Below, piece by piece: positions 15,691-23,767 of a stretch of 34,573 nucleotides of DNA. Every line of letters begins with the position of its first letter. Within the stretch, counting starts at the first letter, position 1. The notes below the pieces were generated by a model. The model made no database searches. It had not been told where the DNA came from and saw only the letters and a list, made by a program, of their open reading frames with translations. Made by a program: the position numbers and the translations under genes. Origin of the DNA: Minisyncoccia bacterium (GTDB lineage: Bacteria > Patescibacteriota > Minisyncoccia > Phycocordibacterales > Phycocordibacteraceae); the NCBI GenBank assembly GCA_038212075.1, contig JBBQUV010000006.1, positions 1 through 34,573 of the forward strand, in the 5' to 3' direction.

Positions 15691-16272
15691 ATGAAATTCT
15701 TGCTCGGGGTGGATGAAGCGGGGCGGGGGCCTTTGGCGGGGCCTGTATCGGTAGGAGTGGTGATGGTTCCGGATGGGTTTGATGTGGCTGTGGAGTTTTT
15801 TGGTGTTGCTGATTCTAAAAAACTTTCAGAAAAACGGCGCGAACAGCTTTTTGAACAACTCGTCGCGCGTGAACGCGCGGGGGACGTATCGTTTTGTGTT
15901 GAGTTTGGAGAGCACACTGCGATAGACGTGGAAGGTATTGCACCTACGGTGCGCCACGCAGTATATGCGGGTGTGCAGAAACTTGCCCCGAACGCCGAAG
16001 GCGTTCGGGTGTATTTAGACGGCTCACTCCACGCGCCAAAAGAATATAAACAAGAAACTATTATTGGCGGCGACGCATCTGTCCCTCTTATTTCACTTGC
16101 GTCTATTGCGGCAAAGGTTACTCGCGACCGGCTGATGCTGAAATATCACGATGATTTTCCGGTGTACGATTTTGCAAAACATAAAGGGTACGGAACGAAG
16201 TTTCATTACGAAATGCTCGCCGAACACGGCCCTTGTCCAATCCACCGCCTCTCGTTCTTGCACGCTACCTAA
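15691..16272 (+). CDS. rnhB: Ribonuclease HII
   Basis: GVDEAGRGPLAGPV, DSKKLS, LDG, ASIAAKVTRD, HKGYGT, IHRLSF. Confidence 0.96.
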   Translation: MKFLLGVDEAGRGPLAGPVSVGVVMVPDGFDVAVEFFGVADSKKLSEKRREQLFEQLVARERAGDVSFCVEFGEHTAIDVEGIAPTVRHAVYAGVQKLAPNAEGVRVYLDGSLHAPKEYKQETIIGGDASVPLISLASIAAKVTRDRLMLKYHDDFPVYDFAKHKGYGTKFHYEMLAEHGPCPIHRLSFLHAT

Positions 16273-16342
16273 ATTTGGTATCTGTGGCACAATACGAGCT
16301 TACGTCTAGCTATGGGGCAAGACGTGTTTTGGGAGTATAACC

Positions 16343-16663
16343 ATGGGCCTTACTGAGCCATGGAACGAAGAAAGAGGAAACGCGGTAAGAAAGTCTGTGT
16401 TTGGAGGGTCAAGTGACTCACTTTCCGGTTTGCGTACAGCGGCATCTGCGCTGGTCGTCATAACCGGACTCCGAACCATCGAGGACGCTACTCTCTGTGT
16501 TTGTTGTATCCACGAAGGCAGAGGAACCTGCCCATACGGAAAAGACAAGCAAAGGGGAGAGTGCCCTGGCTATTTGCTCGATGACGCCAATCCTGGGGCA
16601 ACAGAAGATAGGATGCATTCCTATCGTTTAAGCCTTATGGCGGCGTTGCGGTCAAAACCGTAA
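16343..16663 (+). CDS. Hypothetical protein with Cys cluster (possible metal binding)
   Basis: CVCCIH-x5-CP-x9-CP; GGGAG SD, leader hairpin ACGTCT/AGACGT, own terminator. Confidence 0.6.
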   Translation: MGLTEPWNEERGNAVRKSVFGGSSDSLSGLRTAASALVVITGLRTIEDATLCVCCIHEGRGTCPYGKDKQRGECPGYLLDDANPGATEDRMHSYRLSLMAALRSKP

Positions 16664-16675
16664 TCTCAAAGTGTC

Positions 16676-16710
16676 GGGGGCGTCGCATTCGTGCGGCGCC
16701 TTCACTTTTT
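16676..16710 (+). terminator. Intrinsic terminator with UUCG loop
   Basis: GGGGGCGTCGCA-TTCG-TGCGGCGCCTTC then ACTTTTT. Confidence 0.8.
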
Positions 16711-16735
16711 ATACCCCTCGTGATAGGGTAGCGGG

Positions 16736-17086
16736 ATGTCAATCCGAATGCGCCATACGCGCGGCCACACTAATAACCGACGTTCCCACCACGCCCTCAA
16801 GAATATGAAGGTAGTGAAGGATAAGGAGTCGGGTAATCTCCGTTTGCCCCATCGTGTCGATGAAGCAACGGGCATGTATCGTGGTAAACAGATTTTTACG
16901 CCAAAAGTAAAAGCAAACAAAGGCAACAAAGTTGTCGGCGTTGAATCGGTACTTCCAAACGAAGATCGTCACGCAGACCACGAACACGCGGAACAGAAAA
17001 CGAATTCGAAAGTTAAGAATGTGGTGAAGCGCTTTACGGGTGGTGGTCGCCCAAAGGCACGTAGTGGAATGGGCGGTGGTGCGTAA
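16736..17086 (+). CDS. rpmF: 50S ribosomal protein L32 (Cys-less form) with long C-terminal extension
   Basis: RHTRGHTNNRRSHHAL...LPHRV...GMYRG; position before nusB/rnc. Confidence 0.85.
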   Translation: MSIRMRHTRGHTNNRRSHHALKNMKVVKDKESGNLRLPHRVDEATGMYRGKQIFTPKVKANKGNKVVGVESVLPNEDRHADHEHAEQKTNSKVKNVVKRFTGGGRPKARSGMGGGA

Positions 17087-17109
17087 GCATCATTTCTAAT
17101 ACACAGTTT

Positions 17110-17144
17110 GAACACCGCCGCGCCTTGCGCGGCGGTGTTCGTTT
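17110..17144 (+). terminator. GC-rich hairpin after rpmF
   Basis: Perfect 14-bp stem GAACACCGCCGCGC-CTT-GCGCGGCGGTGTTC, with only a weak T-tract. Confidence 0.65.
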
Positions 17145-17166
17145 GGTACTGTTACGTCAGAGCTTC

Positions 17167-18084
17167 ATGGCAAATCGGCATCTCGCACGTTCGGTTGTAT
17201 TACAAACACTCTTTGAGTGGGATACAACGCATGCGACCACCGAAGGTGCCACCGAAATCCTCGTGCGCAACGTAGAAGAGTTTGGCGGCGACTCCACCGA
17301 CCGACCGTTTATGGAAAATCTCCTCACTGGTGTTCTTGCTAAAAAAGCGGACATCGATTTAATTATAGAAAAAGCCGCACCCGATTGGCCTTTGGATAAA
17401 ATTGCACCCGTTGATCGCAATATTTTGCGTATCGGACTTTTTGAACTTTTGTTTGCCGACCGCGCGCAGGTGCCGGCAAAAGTAGCTATCAACGAAGCCA
17501 TTGAACTGGCAAAAACATTTGGCGGCGAATCATCCGGCCGCTTCATCAACGGTGTGCTTGGTGCCGTGTACAAAGAAATCGGCGAACCCGGCAAAGAAGA
17601 AACGGGAAAGAAAAAAGCGGTGCGTCGCGAAGATTTACCTATTGAACAGCTTGTTGGTGCTGTCGTATATGCCTTTCACGAAGGACAGTACTACCTTGCG
17701 CTTGTGCACGACGTGTTTGGGCACTGGACGCTCTCCAAGGGAGGCATGGATGCCACTGATAACAGTATTCAAGAAGCAACGGTACGTGAAATAAAAGAAG
17801 AAACCGGATTGGATATTGTCGTGCACGAAAAAATCGGCGAGAACGAATATGTGGCGAGCCATCCTGAAAAAGGAAAGTACCGAAAACATGTTACGTACTT
17901 CATTGCAGAATCGCCATACGTGGATATTCACTTGAAACAAACCGGCGGTCTTGATGACGCGCGCTGGTTTAAGCTTCCCGACATTCTTGAACTCAATTTT
18001 TACGACGATATGTTGCCGATTGTCACAGCGGCTGTGCAAACACTTCTTGAACGTGCGCCCGCAAGAACGGGGGGCGCTAGCTAG
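17167..18084 (+). CDS. nusB: NusB antitermination factor fused to a C-terminal NUDIX hydrolase
   Basis: NusB: RHLARSVVLQTLF, VDRNILR, VAINEAIELAKTFG, FINGVLG. NUDIX: HWTLSKG...EATVREIKEETGL. Confidence 0.92.
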   Translation: MANRHLARSVVLQTLFEWDTTHATTEGATEILVRNVEEFGGDSTDRPFMENLLTGVLAKKADIDLIIEKAAPDWPLDKIAPVDRNILRIGLFELLFADRAQVPAKVAINEAIELAKTFGGESSGRFINGVLGAVYKEIGEPGKEETGKKKAVRREDLPIEQLVGAVVYAFHEGQYYLALVHDVFGHWTLSKGGMDATDNSIQEATVREIKEETGLDIVVHEKIGENEYVASHPEKGKYRKHVTYFIAESPYVDIHLKQTGGLDDARWFKLPDILELNFYDDMLPIVTAAVQTLLERAPARTGGAS

Positions 18085-18115
18085 TATTTTTTGGATTTTC
18101 CGCTAATCTGCGGGT

Positions 18116-18802
18116 ATGGACTTCAAGGCATCCGCGGAGAAATTAGGGCTTATATTCAAGAACCTCGACCTATTTGTGGAGGCGGTAACACACCGTTCCT
18201 ATTTGAACGAAAACCGCACACATGCAGGGAACCACAACGAGCGCCTTGAGTTTTTGGGTGACGCGGTGCTTGAACTTGCGACAACGCGCTTTTTGTACGA
18301 CAAGTTTCCCACAAAACCTGAGGGCGACCTTACCGCATATCGCGCGGCTTTGGTGAATACGTATTCGCTTGCCGATGTTGCCCAAACACTGGGAATTAAC
18401 GACCTACTCCTTCTCTCTAAGGGTGAGGCGCGTGACACCGGCCGCGCGCGCCAAATTATTTTGGCAAACGCGTTTGAGGCAATCACTGGTGCGGTGTATC
18501 TCGACCAAGGATACGAAGCGGCGGAAGCGTTTCTTGCAAAGAATCTGTTTCCAAAAATTGACGATGTTATTAAAAACCGCGCATGGCAGGACGCCAAGAG
18601 TCGTTTCCAAGAAATGGCGCAAGAGAAAAAGGGAATCACGCCGTCATACAAAACCGTGTCTGAAACTGGACCCGACCATGCTCGAACGTTTGTGGTTGCC
18701 GTGTGCGTTGGAAACGATGAAATTGCACAGGGAGAAGGAAAGTCAAAACAAGACGCAGAACAAGCCGCCGCACAAGCAGGTCTTGAAAAAACGGGCTGGT
18801 AG
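18116..18802 (+). CDS. rnc: Ribonuclease III
   Basis: NERLEFLGDAVL, AFEAITGAVYLD, C-terminal dsRBD (GPDH..GEGKSKQDAEQAAA). Confidence 0.97.
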   Translation: MDFKASAEKLGLIFKNLDLFVEAVTHRSYLNENRTHAGNHNERLEFLGDAVLELATTRFLYDKFPTKPEGDLTAYRAALVNTYSLADVAQTLGINDLLLLSKGEARDTGRARQIILANAFEAITGAVYLDQGYEAAEAFLAKNLFPKIDDVIKNRAWQDAKSRFQEMAQEKKGITPSYKTVSETGPDHARTFVVAVCVGNDEIAQGEGKSKQDAEQAAAQAGLEKTGW

Positions 18803-18829
18803 ACGGGCGTAGGGTATAATTTAGAGGTA

Positions 18830-21025
18830 ATGTTGAAACGGCTTGAAATCGCCGGGTTTAAATCGTTCGCCAAGAAGACTATCTTGGATTTTTCGAATGC
18901 CACCACGGCAATCGTGGGGCCAAACGGTTCCGGAAAAAGTAACGTTGCTGAAGCGTTCCGTTTTGCGCTTGGTGAACAGTCAATGAAGTCAATGCGCGGC
19001 AAGCGTAGCGAAGACCTTATTTTCTCTGGTTCCCATTCTGCGGGACGCTCCAACCGCGCATCGGTAGCTATTGTGTTTGATAACTCCAAAAAACAATTCA
19101 AGATTGATTTTGAAGAAATAATCATTGAACGCGCCGTGTTTCGCGATGGCTCAAGCGAATATTCCGTAAACGGTTCAAAAGCACGCTTGCGTGATATTCA
19201 AGAAATTTTAGCGAGTGCCAACATTGGAGAAACGGGGCACCATATTATTTCACAAGGCGAAGCCGACCGTATTCTTCTTGCAAATCCGCGTGAACGCCGC
19301 GAGATGCTTGAAAATGCACTTGGACTTTCGGTGTATGAATTTAAGAAAGAAGAAAGCAATCGCAAATTGGAAAAGACCGAAGAGAATATAAAACAAGTGG
19401 AAGCGCTCCGTCGGGAACTTGCGCCCCATCTGCGTTTTTTGGAAAAACAGGTTGAGCGTCTAGAACGTGCCGATGAATTGCGTCGTGAACTTGAAAAAGA
19501 GTGGAGCGTATATGTGGTGAATGAGGGTGCCTATATTGAAAAAGAGAAACAAGCAGTAGCGGTAGCGAAAAAAACCGCAGAAGAACGCCTTGCTCAACTT
19601 GGTGCGGAACTGACCAAACTTGATGAAAACGCTGGCGACCGTGAAGGCTCAAAACGTTCTGAAGCAGTGCGTCAAGCAGAACGCAATCTCGACAGGCTCG
19701 CAAACGAGCGTGCTGTTTTGTCACGTGAAATTGGAAAAATAGAAGGCGCGCTTGAGGCGGCAAAAAACAGAAGTACCGAAGCCGCAAGAGATCCTTATGC
19801 CAAAGTGCCGCGGGCAGATATGACCGCACTGCGTGATGAAATAGAAAAACAAGTAGAAGGTGTGGGTGATACACCCGAAGCGCTACGTGCAGTGCTTTCA
19901 TCGGTGCGTACTGTTATTCGTGCTTTTTTTGAACGCTTCGCACTTCCGACCGATGCCTATTTGCAGGATGAAGAACAAAACGTATTTGCACTCCAGAATG
20001 AACAGAAAAAACTGCTTGAAAAAGATACCAACATTGGCGAATCGCTTGAGGCGTCTCGTAGTGATTTGCAGAGAGCACGCGACGCGGCTCATGCATACGA
20101 AGAAGCAAGCCGTGAAGGTAGGCATCACTTGATTGAACTTGCCGACGAGCGTGCAAAACAAGAAGCAGAAGTTGTGCGCCAACAGGGGAGAATAACGGAA
20201 CTAGGACTTTTGTCTCAAGAGATTGAAACACAGCGCGGAGAAATCGCCGTGCTGATTGGAAGCCGAGCACTCACCGAAGCTGAGCGTGCTGATGAACATG
20301 AAGATCGTAGTGTGCAGGAAGCGCGCAAAAAAGCGATTGAACGCTTGAAGATTCGTCTTGAAGAAGCAGGTGGCACTGGTGAAGATGTGCGTACGGAATT
20401 TAAAGATGCCACACATCGTGAAGCTTTTCTCGGAAAAGAACTTGAAGATCTTGCTGGCTCTGCTGAAGGACTTCGCCAGCTTATTACAGATCTTGATAGT
20501 GAACTTGCGAAAAATTTCTCTGAAGGACTTAAAAAGGTAAATGAGTCATTTACCGAATTCTTTGCCCTTATGTTTGGCGGTGGCGGGGCAAAACTCGTAC
20601 TTGAAGAACCGGAAGAAGTTGATGAAGACGAAGAAGACGCTACGCATGACGTGCATAAAAAAGACGATCGTTCGGGCATTGAAATTTCCGTGAATCTTCC
20701 GAAAAAGCGGGTGCAGTCACTGATGCAACTTTCAGGCGGCGAACGCGCACTTACCTCCATCGCGCTTATTTTTGCGATGAGTCAAGTGAATCCTCCGCCA
20801 TTTTTGATACTGGACGAAACTGATGCGGCGCTCGACGAAGCAAACAGCCGTCGCTATGGTGACATGATTGAATCGCTTGCAAAGAAATCACAGTTAATCG
20901 TGATTACGCACAACCGCGAAACCATGAGTCGTGCAGGCATTTTGTACGGCGTTACGATGGGTGGTGACGGTGTTTCAAAACTTCTTTCCGTGAAATTTGA
21001 CGAAGCGGTTTCGGTGGCGAAATAA
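18830..21025 (+). CDS. smc: Short SMC-family ATPase (731 aa)
   Basis: GFKSF, GPNGSGKSN, ISQG, LSGGE, LDETDAALD, ITH; coiled coils; follows rnc. Confidence 0.88.
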   Translation: MLKRLEIAGFKSFAKKTILDFSNATTAIVGPNGSGKSNVAEAFRFALGEQSMKSMRGKRSEDLIFSGSHSAGRSNRASVAIVFDNSKKQFKIDFEEIIIERAVFRDGSSEYSVNGSKARLRDIQEILASANIGETGHHIISQGEADRILLANPRERREMLENALGLSVYEFKKEESNRKLEKTEENIKQVEALRRELAPHLRFLEKQVERLERADELRRELEKEWSVYVVNEGAYIEKEKQAVAVAKKTAEERLAQLGAELTKLDENAGDREGSKRSEAVRQAERNLDRLANERAVLSREIGKIEGALEAAKNRSTEAARDPYAKVPRADMTALRDEIEKQVEGVGDTPEALRAVLSSVRTVIRAFFERFALPTDAYLQDEEQNVFALQNEQKKLLEKDTNIGESLEASRSDLQRARDAAHAYEEASREGRHHLIELADERAKQEAEVVRQQGRITELGLLSQEIETQRGEIAVLIGSRALTEAERADEHEDRSVQEARKKAIERLKIRLEEAGGTGEDVRTEFKDATHREAFLGKELEDLAGSAEGLRQLITDLDSELAKNFSEGLKKVNESFTEFFALMFGGGGAKLVLEEPEEVDEDEEDATHDVHKKDDRSGIEISVNLPKKRVQSLMQLSGGERALTSIALIFAMSQVNPPPFLILDETDAALDEANSRRYGDMIESLAKKSQLIVITHNRETMSRAGILYGVTMGGDGVSKLLSVKFDEAVSVAK

Positions 21026-21089
21026 CGCACATTGCATCAGGTGAATTTCGGGTGTAGGTTCTGCTAGTGCTAACGCTGGGAGGCTAGCT

Positions 21090-21854
21090 ATGAAAGTGCT
21101 ACTTCATGTGAAGGGCGATGATGGCATCGCTCAGATCCTTCAACAAGCAATTCAAAACGACGATCGCGCGGTTACGGTGTCACCGTATATGAGTATGAGT
21201 TCGGGAAACTTCAGTGCGTTTGCGGATATGGTTTCCAACCACGATGTACTCGTGACGCAGGCGGGACGTGCGGCGGGGCAAACATACGATTCTTTGCGCT
21301 CGAATCTGCGCAAACTCCGCGACGCGGGCGTCACTACTAAAATCGTTGTTTTTACCGACGACGATCCGCTTGAGGAAGCCATGCTTCTTGTGGGTGGCGC
21401 CGACTACTGTGTTGGTGAACCCACCATGCAGGCAGAAGAACGTATCTTCCTTATCCGCGCGGCAGTAGACCGTGTTGTCATGCGTCACGGCACGGCATAC
21501 GAAACAGAGGAAAACGAGATACGGATCGGAGGACTGCATCTCAACACCAACACGTGCCTACTTACTGCTGTTTCTCGTGACGCGTTGGTGCGACTCACGG
21601 TAACTGAGACAAAAATCTTAGAAACACTCATGCGCCGACCGTCTGCCGCGTATAGTCGCGATCAACTTTTGAGTGCGGCGTATCCTGATGATGTGTATGT
21701 TGATGACCGCACCATCGACTCGCACATCAAACGCATTCGTCTGAATAAGTTAAGAAAACTTAACGATGGCGCAGATAAATGCATCATGACACTGTACGGT
21801 GTTGGGTATCGCTTCAGTGAAGATGTGGCACGTAAACTGTTTCCTATCGCGTAA
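21090..21854 (+). CDS. Orphan OmpR-family regulator: degenerate receiver + ChvI/BvrR-like winged helix
   Basis: LTVTE, SRDQLLSAAY, VYVDDRTIDSHIKR, TLYGVGYRF; promoter TTGCAT-17-TAGGTT; SD GGGAGG. Confidence 0.88.
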   Translation: MKVLLHVKGDDGIAQILQQAIQNDDRAVTVSPYMSMSSGNFSAFADMVSNHDVLVTQAGRAAGQTYDSLRSNLRKLRDAGVTTKIVVFTDDDPLEEAMLLVGGADYCVGEPTMQAEERIFLIRAAVDRVVMRHGTAYETEENEIRIGGLHLNTNTCLLTAVSRDALVRLTVTETKILETLMRRPSAAYSRDQLLSAAYPDDVYVDDRTIDSHIKRIRLNKLRKLNDGADKCIMTLYGVGYRFSEDVARKLFPIA

Positions 21855-21862
21855 GGCGGTAC

Positions 21863-21912
21863 ATCCGCCCAAAAGGAATCCGCTCGGCTTTCTTTTTGGG
21901 CGGATTCTTTTT
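21863..21912 (+). terminator. Intrinsic terminator
   Basis: ATCCGCCCAAAAGGAA...TTCTTTTTGGGCGGAT followed by TCTTTTT. Confidence 0.75.
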
Positions 21913-21957
21913 ATATGGGTGTGGATTACTCACTTATTGCCTGTGATACGCTTTAAA

Positions 21958-22247
21958 GGTCGACGGGGAAAGGGCTTCCCGTACGATTTCGGCAGAAGCC
22001 GAATGCATCAGCCCCAATCAGCAGGTGGAGGTTTTCCATGTTGAAAACGATTACGTTTGCGCCATGTCTCGCTCGTGAAGGGCCAGCGCGTCGCAATGCG
22101 ACTCCCATGTTTCAACCTCTCTGTCTGAAAGGACGGTGATCATCATCTGGCGTGATAAGCGGATTACAAATCCGATTTCCTAACAGGTAAGCGCCGGCCA
22201 GGTTTGGCCTAACTTCGGGGGTGCCGCTTTGCGGGCCCCCTCTTTTT
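21958..22247 (+). ncRNA. Putative ~290-nt structured RNA (may contain a 33-codon sORF at 22038-22139)
   Basis: Extended -10 TGaTACGCT (21944-21952), at least seven short hairpins, terminal GGGGG..CCCCC hairpin + TCTTTTT. Confidence 0.55.
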
Positions 22248-22319
22248 ATCCACACGGCGCGGGCGTATCCTTTTAAAGACTTCACGCGTAGTATTCTTTA
22301 CACCCTAACCACCCCGTAT

Positions 22320-23546
22320 ATGGCCGCATTTGAATACTTCAAACAAAATGTAGACAAAGCAGTAACATTGCTCGGACTTTCGGAATCTGAGCGGCAGGCG
22401 CTTGAACGGCCGGATAGAATTCTGCGAGCAGAATTAACCATTCCTCTTTCCGCAGGAGGTACGGCAACCTTTCCCGCATATCGTGTGCAATTTAATAACG
22501 CGCGTGGACCATACAAGGGCGGTATTCGTTTTCACCCAAACGCGGATGAGGATGAAGTTTCTGCACTTGCCGCAATGATGGCGATAAAATGCGCGGTGGT
22601 GGGCATTCCTATGGGTGGGGGAAAGGGCGGCGTGGCAGTGGATCCTAAAAAACTTTCAAAAGATGATTTGCATGCTTTGAGTCGCGAATACGTAAAAGCA
22701 TTTGCAGAACATTTGGGGCCAGACAAAGACGTGCCGGCGCCGGATGTGTACACCAACCCAGAGATTATGGGTGTCATGCTCGATGAATACGAAAAAATAA
22801 CAGGACACGCGGCGCCGGCAATGATAACAGGAAAAGCAATTGAGAAAGGTGGCATTCTTGGGCGCGATACGGCGACCGCCGACGGTGCGATTATTGTGCT
22901 TGAAGCACTGCTTGCCGACCAGCATCGCGATGTTTCAAAACTGCGCGCCGCAGTTCAGGGCGCCGGCAACGCCGGCGCCCGAGCGGCAGAATTATTAAGC
23001 ACCAAGGGTGCAAAAGTTGTAGCACTCGCTGATTCAAGTGGCACACTTACCAATCCGAGCGGTATTGATATAAAACGAGTGCTTGAAATAAAAGCAGAAA
23101 AAGGGGAACTAAAAGACGCGGGCGAAGTAACGGCTTCGGACGCAGTGATTACCACCGATGCAGATATTTTGCTTCCTGCGGCTCTTGAAGAACAGGTGCG
23201 AAAAGACAATGCCGGAGCAGTACGGGCAGACGTCATTGTAGAAATCGCTAATGGTCCCGTTACGCCGGAGGCTGACGCCATCCTTGCCCAAATGCGCGTT
23301 GCGGTTGTTCCAGACGTGCTCGCAAATGCTGGCGGTGTTACTGTCTCCTATTTTGAATGGCTTCAAAATCGTTCAACTGAAATCTGGACGCACCAGCGCG
23401 TAGAAGAACGACTTACGGAAACAATGCAGGATGCCTATCGCGATGTTGCGGATTTTGCTATCACTCGCAGTGTCACCCTTCGCGAAGCCGCGTACGCTCT
23501 CGCGCTCTCGCGCATTATTGATGCGATGAAGAATCGCGATTCTTAA
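22320..23546 (+). CDS. gdhA: Glu/Leu/Phe/Val dehydrogenase (glutamate dehydrogenase)
   Basis: RGPYKGGIRFHP, GGGKGG, DVPAPDV, ITGK, QGAGNAG, EIANGP, PDVLANAGGVTVSYFEW. Confidence 0.93.
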   Translation: MAAFEYFKQNVDKAVTLLGLSESERQALERPDRILRAELTIPLSAGGTATFPAYRVQFNNARGPYKGGIRFHPNADEDEVSALAAMMAIKCAVVGIPMGGGKGGVAVDPKKLSKDDLHALSREYVKAFAEHLGPDKDVPAPDVYTNPEIMGVMLDEYEKITGHAAPAMITGKAIEKGGILGRDTATADGAIIVLEALLADQHRDVSKLRAAVQGAGNAGARAAELLSTKGAKVVALADSSGTLTNPSGIDIKRVLEIKAEKGELKDAGEVTASDAVITTDADILLPAALEEQVRKDNAGAVRADVIVEIANGPVTPEADAILAQMRVAVVPDVLANAGGVTVSYFEWLQNRSTEIWTHQRVEERLTETMQDAYRDVADFAITRSVTLREAAYALALSRIIDAMKNRDS

Positions 23547-23766
23547 ATTTTTGAATGGCGAGCACGAGCCATTGCATCCCAACAATGCTTTGGGTAATGG
23601 CGGTAAGCCATAAGTGAAGGGTGAACAACATCGATGCGGAAACAAGAAGTAGAATGCCTGTGGGAATGCTTGAAGAAAGTGGTGGTTTTTCTTTCGCACG
23701 AAGCATGGGGATGAGCGTGAGACAGAAGACGATCTGTCCAAACGTGAGTACGTAGTCCTGCCACAT
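23515..23766 (-). CDS. Small three-TM membrane protein (SemiSWEET/PQ-loop-like)
   Basis: 83 aa with three hydrophobic helices and LIPML after TM1; starts 1 nt after the rnr stop; 3' end overlaps gdhA by 32 bp. Confidence 0.6.
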   Translation of the reverse strand: MWQDYVLTFGQIVFCLTLIPMLRAKEKPPLSSSIPTGILLLVSASMLFTLHLWLTAITQSIVGMQWLVLAIQKFKNRDSSSHQ

Positions 23767-23767
23767 G

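Noticed and set aside
21990-22050. Permuted tmRNA on the minus strand (CTCCACC followed by GGGGCTGATG)
   Set aside because: No T-loop consensus, the acceptor halves do not pair, no tag reading frame, and promoter and terminator point to the + strand.
22071-22094. EGPAR peptide shared between the sORF and the PheRS loop insertion
   Set aside because: Five residues with different codons; most likely chance.
21913-22319. Replication origin
   Set aside because: Only two DnaA-like boxes, no AT-rich unwinding element, no dnaA/dnaN nearby.
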